From NCBI GenBank assembly GCA_964016885.1, contig OZ024758.1:3162001-3226000 (forward strand): a DNA stretch of 64,000 nt. Reading direction: 5' to 3'. The translations under genes and the position numbers were made by a program. The notes beneath the pieces are model-generated. The model ran no database searches and was not told where the DNA came from. It saw only the letters and a program-made list of their open reading frames with translations. This document shows, piece after piece, positions 13,211 to 26,545 of the stretch. Source of the stretch: Eledone cirrhosa (taxonomy: Eukaryota). Each line of letters opens with the position of its first letter. Within the stretch, counting starts at the first letter, position 1.

Positions 13211-14149
13211 CTCTGTGTTGACCTTAACCCTACGATACCAAACTTATAACCCTTCTAATTGTAACCCGCAAACTGCCTAAAGCCACGGAAATCTATAAAA
13301 CCAGGCGCGCCCTGCTTGATCTAGAGGTTAATGTGTGAAGTACTGAATAATAAAGAGACCAAGAAAAGATAAGCAGACTCTATTACTTCCGAATTCAGGG
13401 AAACTCCCCTAGAAAACCTAGGACTTGAAACGGGGATGAAACTCCTCCTTCCCTTTTTCGGCTATTATATGCCACAGGCGACAGAAGCTTCGTATGAGTA
13501 GCCTACCAAAAAACAATCGAGATAAAACACAAGCTACAATAAACCCGAATAAACCAACGATGTACAACATTGAAACCAACAGAGATATGAACAAATAAAG
13601 GAACATTCAGCTGCTGTGTAATTCAGAGTAACCCCCTCTTTAGTGTAGTATAGAATTACGCCGACCCTAAAAAGCTGGAAGGAAGTTTTTCCTCAGAATA
13701 CTGTTATAATCCATACGACACAAGGTAAGGATAATGAGTCATCGTAACGTGATGAGCTACATAATGTAATTTTAACATACATAAATATTAGTTAAATATT
13801 CAACATGAACAATGCAATATATAAATACATACATATATTGTGATAAAACAGTAATATATAAATATGTGTATGTATATAGAAATATAATTCTGATAAACAA
13901 AAAAGATTAAAGAGAACCATTAACTGAAATGAAACATCTTGTTTTATCTTATCCGAAGCAGTTCGTGTAAAATCCATTTAGAAAAACAACTTACCTGTCA
14001 ACAGGCAAGCATGCGTGTTAGCTGAGATTTCATCCTCACCGCAAAGTTCAAAGAACTTCGGTCAATCTTTCATGCCAGCGAATCGAGAGGAAGCCAAAAT
14101 CACGCATCCCTCTCAACCACTGAGTTCAAAGAACACCGGTCTAAACAGC

Positions 14150-14330
14150 GATAATAAGCTATGTGATATCACATACGCTCTAAAGCACTATGCACGTTAT
14201 AAATTATTCCCTCTAAAGATATACAACCGTCTACTTAGAGTTACAGCGGTCATGTAAACGACAGATAAAATATGCTCGCCTAACACTATCCCTTCAAACA
14301 CATATCTTGGCAGGTGCTTCTTAGGAAAGA
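14150..14330 (+). pseudogene. Possible RTE reverse-transcriptase fragment
   Basis: LKIYNRLL resembles the RTE RT motif KIYNRLL. Same strand as, and downstream of, the EN fragment. Confidence 0.4.
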
Positions 14331-14554
14331 AAATAAACTCTCCTGACATGAACAACTTAGACAATACAGCACTAACGCCCCCAACTACACCGATTATATA
14401 TAGAATAAATATCTCCAGCGAAAATTCAAAACAAACATTTTCGCCGAAAGAAATCTTTAAATAGAACCGAGATTTCTTAAAATCTCTCCTTTAATGCCAA
14501 ACTATGAAGAAACTGCCATACTAATAATTTCCTACCATGTATACATAGTATTGT

Positions 14555-14800
14555 GGAGGCACGTGACCTAGTGGTACGTGTTTTAAAATCTCGTGGGTTA
14601 GATTCATGTGTTGTGTTGTGTTCTTGAGCAAAACACTTAATTTCATTTTGCTCCAGTATACTCAGCTGAAAATGAGTACCCGCAATAGCTGGAGGTTTAA
14701 CCCTGAGATGGACTGGCGCCCTTTCCAGGGGGTGTATTGTACTCTCAGTCGCTTCACGCCATGAAACCGGGAGAAGCACCGGCTAAACGAGAATGCTGGC
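14555..14800 (+). mobile_element. CORE-type tRNA SINE
   Basis: ggaggcacgtgacctagtgg head, ttgagcaaaacacttaatttc core, cctgagatggactggcg...caggggg tail. Confidence 0.75.
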
Positions 14801-15454
14801 TTAAGGGAAGTAGTATAGTTACCTATTACTTAATAAAACCCTTTACTAGGCTACATATTCTACCACACCTTACTGTGTGGTTAGAAAACAAGGTGTAGCC
14901 CATTAACATGGTTCTAAAGCCCAGAACGAAGGGCATCCATGGTAGATAAAAACTAAAATATTCTAAAGTCTCTTCACTGTCGACACAATGATACCTTCGA
15001 TTCTAACGTCAAATAATTGTCCCTGCTTCTTACCGTCGTAACCATTCATTTTCGCCAGTAAATTATCCGAGTCAAATATTATATAACGAGCCTTCAAGAT
15101 ATTTGTAATTCGGAATGAAATGCATCATTCCTTTATCGACAAGTACAAAACAACTACTTAACAATCAGGGCTCAAGATTTTTTAACACTACCAGTTATGC
15201 TAAGTTTCATAACGATAAATACAACCCTCCCCGAGGTAATTATGGTTTTCACACAATGATGTGCTTCTGGCCTGCTTGATCTGATCACCAGCAAAAGTGA
15301 AAAATAAGCCTAAATTGTTTTATATCCGACAGCCTCTCTGTAGTCTTCCACAGAAACTCCATATACACACACCCCGTATTTTGTGTGTGTGTGCATGTGT
15401 ATGTGTTTCATAATTTGTAGAAATATTTACTGATAATATATGAATCAAACCTCG

Positions 15455-15570
15455 ATGTACCTTCCGAGGTTAAATTTGCCTTTCATCCTTACGGGGTAGA
15501 TAAAATGAAGTACCAGTAATGCACTGAGATAATTGCTGACCTTGTTCCAAACGTAGAAACAATGTTTATT
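15455..15570 (+). mobile_element. MetaSINE 3' fragment
   Basis: gcctttcatccttacggggtagataaaatgaagtaccagtaatgcactg. Confidence 0.75.
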
Positions 15571-15754
15571 ATAATGACATTTCTATCTATAGAGAATTGT
15601 GTGTTAGACAGTTCGAGTTTAAATAGTAATTTTAAATAAATTATTAAATATTTGCTTGACGATCTCAGAGATACTCTTCAACATAAGACAATAGGTTCTC
15701 TATCACAGATGATATCCTAGGACGTTATACAGATACTAAAATGATTTTTCTCCT

Positions 15755-15905
15755 CTTGTCACAAGGTCAGCAATTATCCCACTACATTACTGGTATTTTA
15801 TTTTATCGACCGCGTAAGGATGTTAACCTTGGTGGGATTTGAACTCCTGCGTTAAACGGTCGTAACTCATGGCGTCCGACCCTCTACCGATACTGCCAAT
15901 CCACC
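15755..15905 (-). mobile_element. MetaSINE copy
   Basis: Reverse-strand family sequence including the tRNA-like head. Confidence 0.75.
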
Positions 15906-17778
15906 GATCTATATCGATTAATTTGTGCAAACAATTAATATATACAGCTACTTTTATAGCGAAAGCTTGAACAAGTATTAACATGTAGTTACCCTAGTGT
16001 GTATTAACTGAGAATTTATGTGAAGGGCATGTCTACTCTACAAAATCATTAAATTCGTAGGGCACATAATAAATATCCTAACATCATGTCTATCACGATT
16101 CAACTTTTAGAATTCGTCACTAAATGGGAAATAATATGTGAGCATACTTTACCCAGGAAGTAATTTGTTATATATAATCATAAAACCAAGACCAAATACG
16201 TATCGTCTAGCCGCAGTATATAGAAATATTATCGAATATCATGTGAAAGATGATGAGAACTAGACAGACAAATGAAATAATTCAAATAATACATTTATAA
16301 CCTTGGGCGTATTTCTAATATTCAAATATTTGGAAATAATTTCAGGGGGAAGTTTTGAACTCCTCTTAACGTATGGCGAGAATGTGACGAAAAAGCAATT
16401 TACAAATTAATAAGTGAACAACAGACTTGGATTTCGATATTTAAGAGCTACACAAAAGATCGGAAATCACATCAGCACAGGAAATTAAATGTCCGTTGAG
16501 TGAAATAAAATATCTTACTGAACGAAGTAGTGTTAGTATTTTACTAACCGCACAGAACAACTGAGAAAGATCGAATGGTGAACAAAGAGAGTATTCAAAT
16601 ATGTCAGACATGAATTTCAAGATAATTAATTCACAAGTAAATTACAGTGAAAGGAACGTGCATGTGATGAGTAAACGAAATTACTGAAACAAAATGTATT
16701 ATATATTATTTCAGATTTCAACTAGCATGCTTGCTATTTGTGTAGTAAAATATACAATGACTTGAAAAGTGAACATAATTGGTTTCCCTATTAATGAAAT
16801 ACAATGACCATAGCAGTTGAGAAAATAGAATCTAAATAAATGTATTTGCTAGACAAAGCCTTTCTAGTTATGTTCTTAGAGAAATACAGAGATATGTTTA
16901 AGAATAAGAACATTGTCCTTAAATATTTACAATCTGGTAAAGGAAATGTATTGAAATAAAATAATTTTAAAAAAACCTCGGATGCTTGTAGGTTGATCTT
17001 ACAAAGACTATCAATTATGTACATTGTAAACCATGTTCGCTCATTAAATTTTAGCAGCAACAAATATGGGACTAGAGAACGATGGGTTGGTCGAGCTCGT
17101 GAACAGACCACACCATTACATTTTTTTCATCATGAATTAAATATGTAGCCACAAATATACACACTGATATTTAAAAGAAAAAAACGATTTCTCATTTTAA
17201 ATTAATTTTATAATTTCTAAATAACTACCTATATTTTATTGATAACTATTCACTATTTTATAATCCATTACAAATCGTTTTACTTTTTATTGATTTATTT
17301 TACCATGATTGTTATAATTTTCATTATAGACCATTGATTTCCTCATTTTTATAATCTTTGTAAAAAAGCTATAGATTATTTAACGCTCTACGCATCTAAG
17401 TTTTATAACCGTTAATAGATTCAAAGTCACACGCGGCTGGGTTTTTGCTAGGGACGACCACGGCTATAACAGACACTATGGCACTCTCTGACCTTCGTAA
17501 ACACATGACAGAATTGGATTTGAGTGGCTTTACAACAAGCTGAAATGTGTCGCAGTCAAGTAACCTATTCCCTTGGTCATTCCTACGAATCCACAATTTG
17601 GAAACTGCCGAGAGAGAGAGAGAGAGAGAGCGAGAGATAGCGAGCGAGAGTAACCGTCAAATGAGATATGTTCTATAGTATTAAGGATAAATGTCAAAGA
17701 TACCTCGGTGAGGTTTGAAATCAAAAAGAAAGGGACGTCACGATGCTGCCAGTCCACTACTAGAGAGAATGAAATAAT

Positions 17779-17970
17779 TGTTTCTACTTTTGGCACCAGG
17801 CCAGCAATTATCCCCGTATATTACTGGTACTTTATTTTATCGAACCCGTAAGGATGAAAGGCAAAGTTAACCTCGGCGGGATTTGAACTCAGATCATTAA
17901 GGGAGGTAACTCTATGCTTCAAAGCATGGCGCCCGACCCTCTACCGATACTGCCAATCCACCGCCCTTAT
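17779..17970 (-). mobile_element. Full-length MetaSINE with 14-bp TSD
   Basis: gagaatgaaataat at 17765-17778 and 17971-17984. Head, Meta core and tail are all present. Confidence 0.88.
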
Positions 17971-19039
17971 GAGAATGAAATAATGATTTCTAATATAGGA
18001 TAAATATATTTCTACCCAACACCTAATCAAATTTTAGGTAACGAAATAGCGATAAGTGAATTTGATAAAATACCATCTTAGAAATATATACATATTGGTT
18101 AAATATTTTAAAGAAATATTAGCAACCTATATTATAGAAACACTAGTTTAAATGATAAACATTATATATATATAAACAAAGAGGTCAGGCATCAGAATTG
18201 CAATTGTTTATGTCATTCTCAATAGAAAATACTAGTCACTAGTCAGGTAAAATAATGATATTGATATTTTTGGCAAAAAATATATTCCTGTTTAATAGAA
18301 AGCTTAACGCGATAGAAAGTTTCTGAGGGTATTCCTGAAATTATTCCCATCAACGTATGTAGGAACCATTGTATAAGTCAAGATAATTAAAAATGTTTTC
18401 GAAAATGTGTGTAGAGAATGGCATATAAATCAGCTGCAGTAGTAATATCATAATTTTATTTTGTGTATTTAGATTGGTTTTAAGTACTAAGTTGAATTAT
18501 TATTTAAATATTAACTAAGTGTTAAGAAATGTTAACACGTGATGCGGATTTCATTTAACTATGCAACTGTGGGATTTACTCTCGTCAAATACAGAATTTT
18601 AATATAGTTATAAATACGACTTTATTGCACTTTTATGATTGTTAATAATATATTTTTCAGAATTACACCTAAATTAATTTTCAGAATTACACCTAAATTT
18701 GAAGAACATGGAAATATACAGTAAAAAAAAAAAACATATTAATCACGCCTTTCATATCTTACGTGTAGCGATGCATGGACCTGCTCCCTTTGTTAAAGGG
18801 TAATTGTATAGCTTATTCTTTAATAGCATTTCATTCATATATTGAAATTGTTTAACATAATTGGTGTAAAATAACTTGTAATGAATTGAAACGTTGCTTA
18901 GAGTGTGAGGCATACTCGCCATTAAAATAGAATGTGACAACCGACGGCTTTTGTCTAAAGAAATATTAATAATATAAGTAACCTGTCATCCTTTCTCGAT
19001 GTATGGACATTACCATACCTGTACAATATGATGATAGTG

Positions 19040-19180
19040 TGAAGGAGCGTTGCTTACAATCGTAAGGCGTGTTGTGTCCTTGAACAAGACACTTTATTTT
19101 CACGTTGATCTAGTCCACTAAGCTGGCAATAATGAGTTGTACCTGTAATTCGAAGGGACAGCTTTGACACATTGTCTCAT
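19040..19180 (+). mobile_element. CORE-type SINE fragment
   Basis: gttgtgtccttgaacaagacactttattttcacgttgatctagtccactaagctggcaataatgag. Confidence 0.7.
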
Positions 19181-19234
19181 AAACCTATAAATAGCAGTTT
19201 ACCACGATTTTAACCAGAAACTAATTATAATAAT

Positions 19235-19820
19235 AGAGCTCAAATCCTGCTGAAGTTACCGTTGACTTTCATACTTACAGGGTCGATAAAATAAAGTACC
19301 AGTAATGCACTGGAATAATTGCTCTCCTTGTGCCAACTGTAGAAACAATTATTATGAGCAGTATTATTATTAGCAGGCGGTGAGGGTGGTGGATTGGCAG
19401 TAGCAGTAGATGGTCGGACGCCATGCTTTGCAGCATAGAGTTACGGCTCTTTATGATCTGAGTTCAAATCTCACCTAGCTTAACTTTGTCTTTCATCCTT
19501 ACGGGATCAATAAAATAGAGAACCAGTCACGCACTGGAGTCGATTTAATCGACTTTCTCCTCTCATAAAATTGCTGTCTTTGTGCCTATATAAGATACCA
19601 TAATTATTAACAGGCGGTGTATTGTCAGTAATATGGTAGAGTCTCGAACCTCATCCTTTGCGGTGCTTTACATAATGAGTTCAAATCCCGCCAATGATAG
19701 ATTTACATTTTATCCTTACAGTTTCGATAAATTAAAATAACAGTAATGCACTGAGACGATTTAATCGACTTAAACCCCACCCTTTAAATTGCTGGCCTTG
19801 TTCCTAACATAGAAACAGGT
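19235..19820 (+). mobile_element. Three tandem MetaSINE copies
   Basis: Three successive gagttcaaatc...ttcatccttac...gataaa...cactg units separated by (ATT)-rich tails. Confidence 0.82.
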
Positions 19821-20539
19821 ATAATTATTTCAAAAAAAAAAAACACTGCAAGATATTATTTCTCCTATCTCATTAAAATGTTATTTCTTTCAATAATTTT
19901 ACAATCTTGTATGTTGACATAATGTAGGCTTGTCAAATAGAAAGAATAATGTTTATAGAACTACACTGATTCTTTGTGAACAATTGTTATTCATTGTACG
20001 CAGGTGTTTATGGCTAGAAACATATAACCAGAGAAATAAACTCTTATTTTTTTTCCTTTGTACTTAAAATATACTATGACAATATATTTAATAGGTACTG
20101 CATGTTAACGGTTTTCAGCATTTTAATGAGTAAATGATAATAAAATAGCTAGCAGGTAAGATATCAAATGAGTGGACATTCACTTCTGTTTTTTATCTCT
20201 CTAAATAATACGTTTATATCATTGATGATATTACCAACATACAATTAAATACTACAATATATTTAGTCAATGTTGTAATATATTCTCTCATGTCAAGTTG
20301 TTTTTGTTATTTATTGTTGACGGAATAACGTCAAAGGCTTAACAGATTTGCTTAGCAATGATAGTCCAGAGTTCGATTCTACATATTTGTGACTCATACA
20401 TTTGTAACTGATTATAGCCACGGGTCGTCGCAAATCTTTGAATGGATTCATGAAGATATAAACACTTCAGACGTACTTCGAACTAATTATAATAAAATGC
20501 AAATGACCAGCCATGCCATAAAACTAGAAGGTCACAGCG

Positions 20540-20615
20540 CGTCACCGGATCTGAGAATCGAACATACAACCTCATATTTGTAAGCCCAATGTCCTAACCA
20601 CTAAGCCACACTCCT
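20540..20615 (-). mobile_element. tRNA-derived SINE head
   Basis: Reverse strand has gtggcttagtggttagg (A box) and gttcgattc (B box). Confidence 0.55.
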
Positions 20616-20674
20616 TTACACAGGCATACACACACACAAACATATACCCCCCCCCCACACACATATATATATAT

Positions 20675-20705
<31 letters not shown>

Positions 20706-21504
20706 CACAAATACATATATTATATATATATGTGCGTTTGTTTATATGCGTCGGTGCAGATTTGCATAAAAATATACTTATGTAAACAGTATTTCTTGTA
20801 AATTGGATAAGTAAAGATATACAGTTACAAACAACCAATCCGAACTATAACGATACACATCATTCAATATATAATACGTTCTTCTAATATCTGATCTTCT
20901 GGTATGATGTATCTATGGAATCTTCTAGTGTCAAGTGGAAATGGAAATGTCATTTATGTCGCTAAAAATTAAAAATAAGTAATAATAACTTAGCTAAATG
21001 CAAGAAACCACAATGAAACTTATAGAAAGTATAGAATGTTCTGAGATATTCTCACATAAATAAAAACATTGCCAAATACATGAAATCTAATTATGTAAAA
21101 TATAAATAAACTAAAACATACTTACATAAAAACTTACACTATTATTGCTGTTAATACTTAGCACTTAGCAAATGAATGTAACGTTACAAGCATCAACTTA
21201 ACTTAAAATGGCAGGACAATTCTTTTTTTATCCTCAATTACTGAATACAAGACCTATAAACAGGAAATTATTATTTATTCTGATCGGTTGAATTTAACAC
21301 AAAACGGTAATAGCATAGAATCGAAAATAAAGAAAGCGGAAAAAAATGAAATATAGAAACATAGATATTAATAAAAGAAAAAAAAAACTAACATCATTAA
21401 TTTAATAATATTGATGAAAATAATATAATCAATATTATCTAAGCACTTATCGAATCACCAGATTTAAGAATAATATTAGCAGATTCTTTTGTGCGATCTT
21501 CTAT

Positions 21505-21760
21505 GAGCATGTGGTTAGAATGTCTCAGGAAAGAATCGGTTGACAGATATTACTGGCAAATCAAAATGGTAGGACAGGAGAACCAGGAGTGGAAACCGAG
21601 CAAGATGGTTGGATAACACGCATGAGCTTCGCTGGTTAGGCTTGGGATCTAACCGGACCAATTTGAAACGGTTGCTTCTGACATGAGCCCCTGGAAGCAG
21701 TATTTGAGGACTCTGCCCCAACGACCCTCTCAAGGTCGAAGAAGAAGTGGGCGAAAAAGA
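21505..21760 (+). pseudogene. RTE LINE 3' end fragment
   Basis: Translates to EHVVRMSQERI..QILLA...RARWLDN...W.GLG...VASD...WKQYLRTLPQRP, matching the RTE C-terminal pattern GH..RM...R...RW.D...W..L..LP.RP. Confidence 0.75.
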
Positions 21761-23334
21761 TTCAGTTTTAAATCTCAATATATTTATGTTGTCTATTAAA
21801 GATTTACACTGCCGATTATACGCTTTTAGTGAAATAAACAGTAATCTTATAAAACATTCACATTTTCTATATAGAAATAGTTCATATATATAATAAAATA
21901 ATATTTATTTTCAATAATAAAAGCTCAACTGACAAATTATTCAGGAGCATCAAATACTAACAAAAAGATGTCATGTCTGAGAAGATCAGAAACATGCACC
22001 ATACCACCTGTAGAAGAAGCTCAAAGATTCTAAAGAATAAATCCGAGTATGAGCTTTTACTGTTGAAAGGCTTTGGCTGCTATTTCTAACTGCCGATAAG
22101 CCTATTTACGTCACTGGAATGACGGCGGACACTGTGTATTTTTCCAAACCATATGTGCTTTTCTTCGTTATTCATTGATTTGTTCTTAGTGTGATCACAG
22201 ATAGTTTCAAATCCTCTCCTTTGCTGACGATTCAGGATTTAACCTCTATGATCCCCTATTAATGGTGAAATATATTTCTTTAATGAAATATATACAAAGG
22301 AAATTAAACATTATTGCAAGAAAGAAGCTCCACATTACAATGAAATAGTTGTTTCCTTGTGACAACAACAAAATAAAATAACTCATTTTACACCACGTAT
22401 ATGTCTTCAATTGAGAATTAAAAGATGTGAATGCAACAATTACAAAACCATGACTAATGAATTGGAATGGAAATATTAGGTACCATCAAAGGTTTCCCTG
22501 GTACAAAGTTTATCGTATAACATAGGATATTGTGGAAGATACCGACATGAGAGAGAAATAGACAATTTAGGATCTAGGATATACTGGTTTCTAATTATTA
22601 GACCAGGTTTAATTTTGACAAAGTGCAGGTAGGAAATTATGCAAAGGAACTGACTGTGAAATATAATAACCGCCAGCCCCTGCTGTAGCATCAATCCCGT
22701 CCTCACGACACGAAATCTTGAGCATAATGATCGTTTCCATTAACATCATGTATTTCAGAATCAACGTTGAAAATATTCGCCGTTATTGACTGAATTAAGG
22801 ATTTTCATATCGTTCAATTACACAAGAATAAAACACGGTAAATTAATGCAATTAGATGAATAATTGGAATTGATGGCACACAATGATTTTAATTTAAATT
22901 GTATGCATATATATATAAATATATATATATATGAGTGCGTGTGTGTATATCTGCGTGTCTGTATACATGTACACGAACACTATATATAAGAGAGAAAGAG
23001 AGAGAGAGAGAGATTGTGAGTGAGCTTGTGTATATGTGTGCACATACATACATAAAATTGGTCACGTATATATGCATGCATGCACATGTCATACACAAAT
23101 ACCCACCTCCATGTTTTTCACACAAGACATTGGGACAATGGTGTAATTGTCGGATTGAATAAACAGGATTCATGCTGAGGGAGATCACTTTTGATAAGCT
23201 ATTCAATAGGCAATCAGCGAATATAATGTATACTGTTATTATGAATTAAAATACTTAAAATATAATATTTAGGAAAACAAACTTAACACAAAAGATAATG
23301 AAAGAATATACATATAATCTTATAACATTCACAA

Positions 23335-23381
<47 letters not shown>

Positions 23382-24223
23382 TGAGAGGGAGAGGGAGAGA
23401 GAGATGGAAAGGCAGAGAGAAATTTGAGCGTGTGTCTGTGTAAGGGATGGAATGTGGATTATTTGTATATTTGGCTCTTAAGTTAATGCTTTCGTTTCCC
23501 GGTGATTCATTTTGTGTTACGGTAAAATAGTTTGTATCACTTTCCTTCGGTCGACTCAGCGGGGAAAATGAGATGTACCAGTAATATACACTGAATGTGT
23601 ACAGGTGTTACGTTACATTTACATGTGTCTCTGCGGTGCTGACCACTATCCAGCATGCAGAGTGTTCTTTCCTTGAAGTTTAAAACACTCTTGGCAATAC
23701 CAACGGATCTACTTTAAATACCCATCATCCAACCCACGAACTGATACACTGGGAGAGACTTAGTTCTTCTATATAGAAACTCAGATATGAAAATATGAAC
23801 ACGTTTGCTATCGTAGACCACAACAACCAATACAATCCTTATGAAAATGATTTTAAAACAACTCCTGATTAAAGTAGGCAGAGGAAACAAGAAACAATAA
23901 TAAAGAAAATTTAACTTAAAGTTATATTAACTTTTTATGACTTGTAAATATGAATGTTAGAAGATAAGGCAATGTAATACACATATAATATGAGTTCTCA
24001 CTAAAATAGGACATTTTATGTGTTCTGTTATGTTTATTTATTTTCATAGGTACGTTGATGGACGAAAGGAATTTAATATGATGCCAATAATTCTGGAATT
24101 TCGAGTAGATTATGTACTGTCATTCTATCATAAAATGTTTCAGTTTACTAGTTTATATGTTTTAATTACAATTATGTCTCTGTATATAAATGTATGTCAT
24201 ATTTTCCCATTATTATTTCAGGA

Positions 24224-24447
24224 ATTACCCAGTGCATTACTGGTACTTTATTTTATCGACCCCGTAAGGATGAAAGGCAAAGTCAACCTCGGCGAGATTT
24301 GAACTCAGATCGTAAAGGGACGTACGATTTGAGTTCAAATCCCGCCGAGGTTGACTTTGCCTTTCATCCTTACGGGGTCGATAAAATAAAGTACCAGTAA
24401 TGCACTGTGTAATTGCTGGCCTTGTGCCTAAAAGTAGAAACAATTAT
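24224..24447. mobile_element. Two 5'-truncated MetaSINEs joined head-to-head, forming a ~190-bp near-perfect palindrome
   Basis: 24224-~24313 is the reverse complement of ~24321-24413. Confidence 0.88.
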
Positions 24448-26292
24448 TTCAAGAATAAAAGAATGTGAAATAACGATTACATTCTACATTGTCATTCTGA
24501 AAATCACCGATTTTCCATGCCCTAATTTTCATATATTTTGAAAATATTTTCCTGAATATTTTTGATATACTTTCCATAGAGAAATATAACTTTGAGTAAA
24601 TCAACATCATGAGATTTAAAAGTTACTGTCGGGAGAAAGATTAAGTTTAACCTAGGAAGGAAATTAATGAAGTAAGAAGAAGCTGTTGCCAACTGACATA
24701 TATTGTTGTTAAAGTCAAGTTGTTATCTCTTCTTCCATCAGATAACATCGGCCATCCAGGTAATCGGAGACATCACTTTATATACCTTTCCACGTAACAC
24801 TCTATTATCCAATCTGTTTTGTTTTATATGATACAGTACATTGATGGAGATTTATCTGGTATAACTATAAAGCTAAGTGAATACAGAATTACAATATCTA
24901 CATATGTTCTTTTAAAGACGTTGCTGTAATTTTTAAAACAATTTCATCTTCCGTTCTAAAGTAGTAAGCATTTTTGGTAACCGCGGATTTTTATATTTCC
25001 AGCAATATATTTTAAAATTAAAAAATATATATTATTTCACAATATCTTACATTAAATTACTAAAAGCTCACAGAATTGAATGTCTATGTTTTATCAACTT
25101 TCCATAACAAGAGAAAATAAAATCCATCAAAAAAATGTGTTTATTCTTGACATTATATAACGCCTACTTAATAGAATGCTGACAGATTTTAAACTTTCAA
25201 ATCATGATGAAATACATTTAAAGAAATGTATTATTTTTTGATAATCCTTTCATTTTCCAATATATTAATGTTCATCCAGACGAATTATGATACATTTAAA
25301 TGCATCCAGGTTTAAGTACTATAATGAAATTGTATGAATTAATAACATTTGTAAGAAATTGTAATATTTAACAATTGCAACCGTTCAACTTAAATATCGA
25401 CTGCTTTTGATAGTCAACGAAGCCCAAAGTGGTATACACTATGCCAATAACCTTTCCAAAATCGATTCATTCTTTTGTTAATCATACCACACTTTTGTTT
25501 ATAATTTGTTTATAATTTGTTTATAATTCTTCCCTGCAGAGTTTAAATAAATATAACGAAAACAATTGCATCAACGCAACATTCACATTGATTAAATTTA
25601 TAATTGTTCCTACTTGCGGCACAAGGCCAGCAATTATTTCAGTGCTTTACTGGTGCTTATTTTTATAGACTCCGTAAGAGGTGTTAAACTCATTCAAGAT
25701 TACAATAATATTCTCACAAAAGATGAAACTGAGAGACAATTTGTTTTACAGATCGTTACCGAAAACCGTAAGACATACCCAGCCGCCACTAAATCGTCTC
25801 TTATGGAAAAAACTGTTCAATATTCAGTGTCCAGTGTTCACATTATGTTTTTGATTCTATAGAAATTATTGCTGTAAATAAAAATGCGATTCGCTTATAA
25901 ATGTTGCGTGCTTTATTAAGAAAACCTAATCTTTCTTAAGTTTTTCAAGGTATTTCAGGAATGTTTCCAATAAACTATTGGTAAATTTGATTCAGAACGC
26001 TTTAAGACATTTGCTGGGGTTGCCTGGATGTGTCAACATACATTTCTCGCAGAAGATAAAAGAAAATGGTCGAGATAGGGAATAGTATACCGCTTTTGAA
26101 CAGAATTAACCGTTGCATATACAATGTTCCAACTTCAAGGCGTTTGCAGGTCGTCTAACAGTTGTCTGATTGGGCTGAAATGTTGCTTACTCCGCGCGCC
26201 TGTTGATGGAAACAGGAATAGTGGTTGGGCGTAATTGTAATCTTCGGAAAAGTGCATATTGCTAAGGGACACCCTAATATATATTTGTTTAG

Positions 26293-26482
26293 TTATGTAA
26301 TAAACAACATAAGATAATTATTTCATTTACCTGTGGTTTCTTGAAGGCAGATGTTGTGTATGTCTTCAGTCGTCAGAATGAATAAAAAACATGGTTTATT
26401 TATTAAATATGCATATTTAATAAATACACCATGTAGCCTACATAGAACACTATTTTTTCCTGTACCTTTCTGATGGAAATAC

Positions 26483-26488
<6 letters not shown>
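26293..26488. mobile_element. Penelope-like pLTR remnant family C (inverted arm plus tail, internal deletion)
   Basis: Matches 49113-49208 and 49634-49820. Ends in (TA)n. Confidence 0.7.
26322..26382 (-). ncRNA. Type I hammerhead ribozyme motif (family C)
   Basis: Minus strand: UUCAUU-CUGACGA-c-UGAAG...CUUCA-a-GAAACC-aca-GGUA-AAUGAA. 6-bp stem I, GUA triplet. Confidence 0.7.

Positions 26489-26545
<57 letters not shown>

Noticed and set aside
17390-17610. Possible exon (GC-richer island)
   Set aside because: Stops in all + frames, no recognisable motif and no convincing splice pair.
17779-17970. tRNA-like A/B boxes as tRNA genes
   Set aside because: They are SINE heads followed by Meta or CORE domains; no complete cloverleaf was seen.
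18654-18700. Short tandem duplication ttttcagaattacacctaaatt
   Set aside because: Ordinary slippage duplication.
24194-24443. Mirror-image ORFs on both strands with the same peptide
   Set aside because: A consequence of the SINE palindrome.
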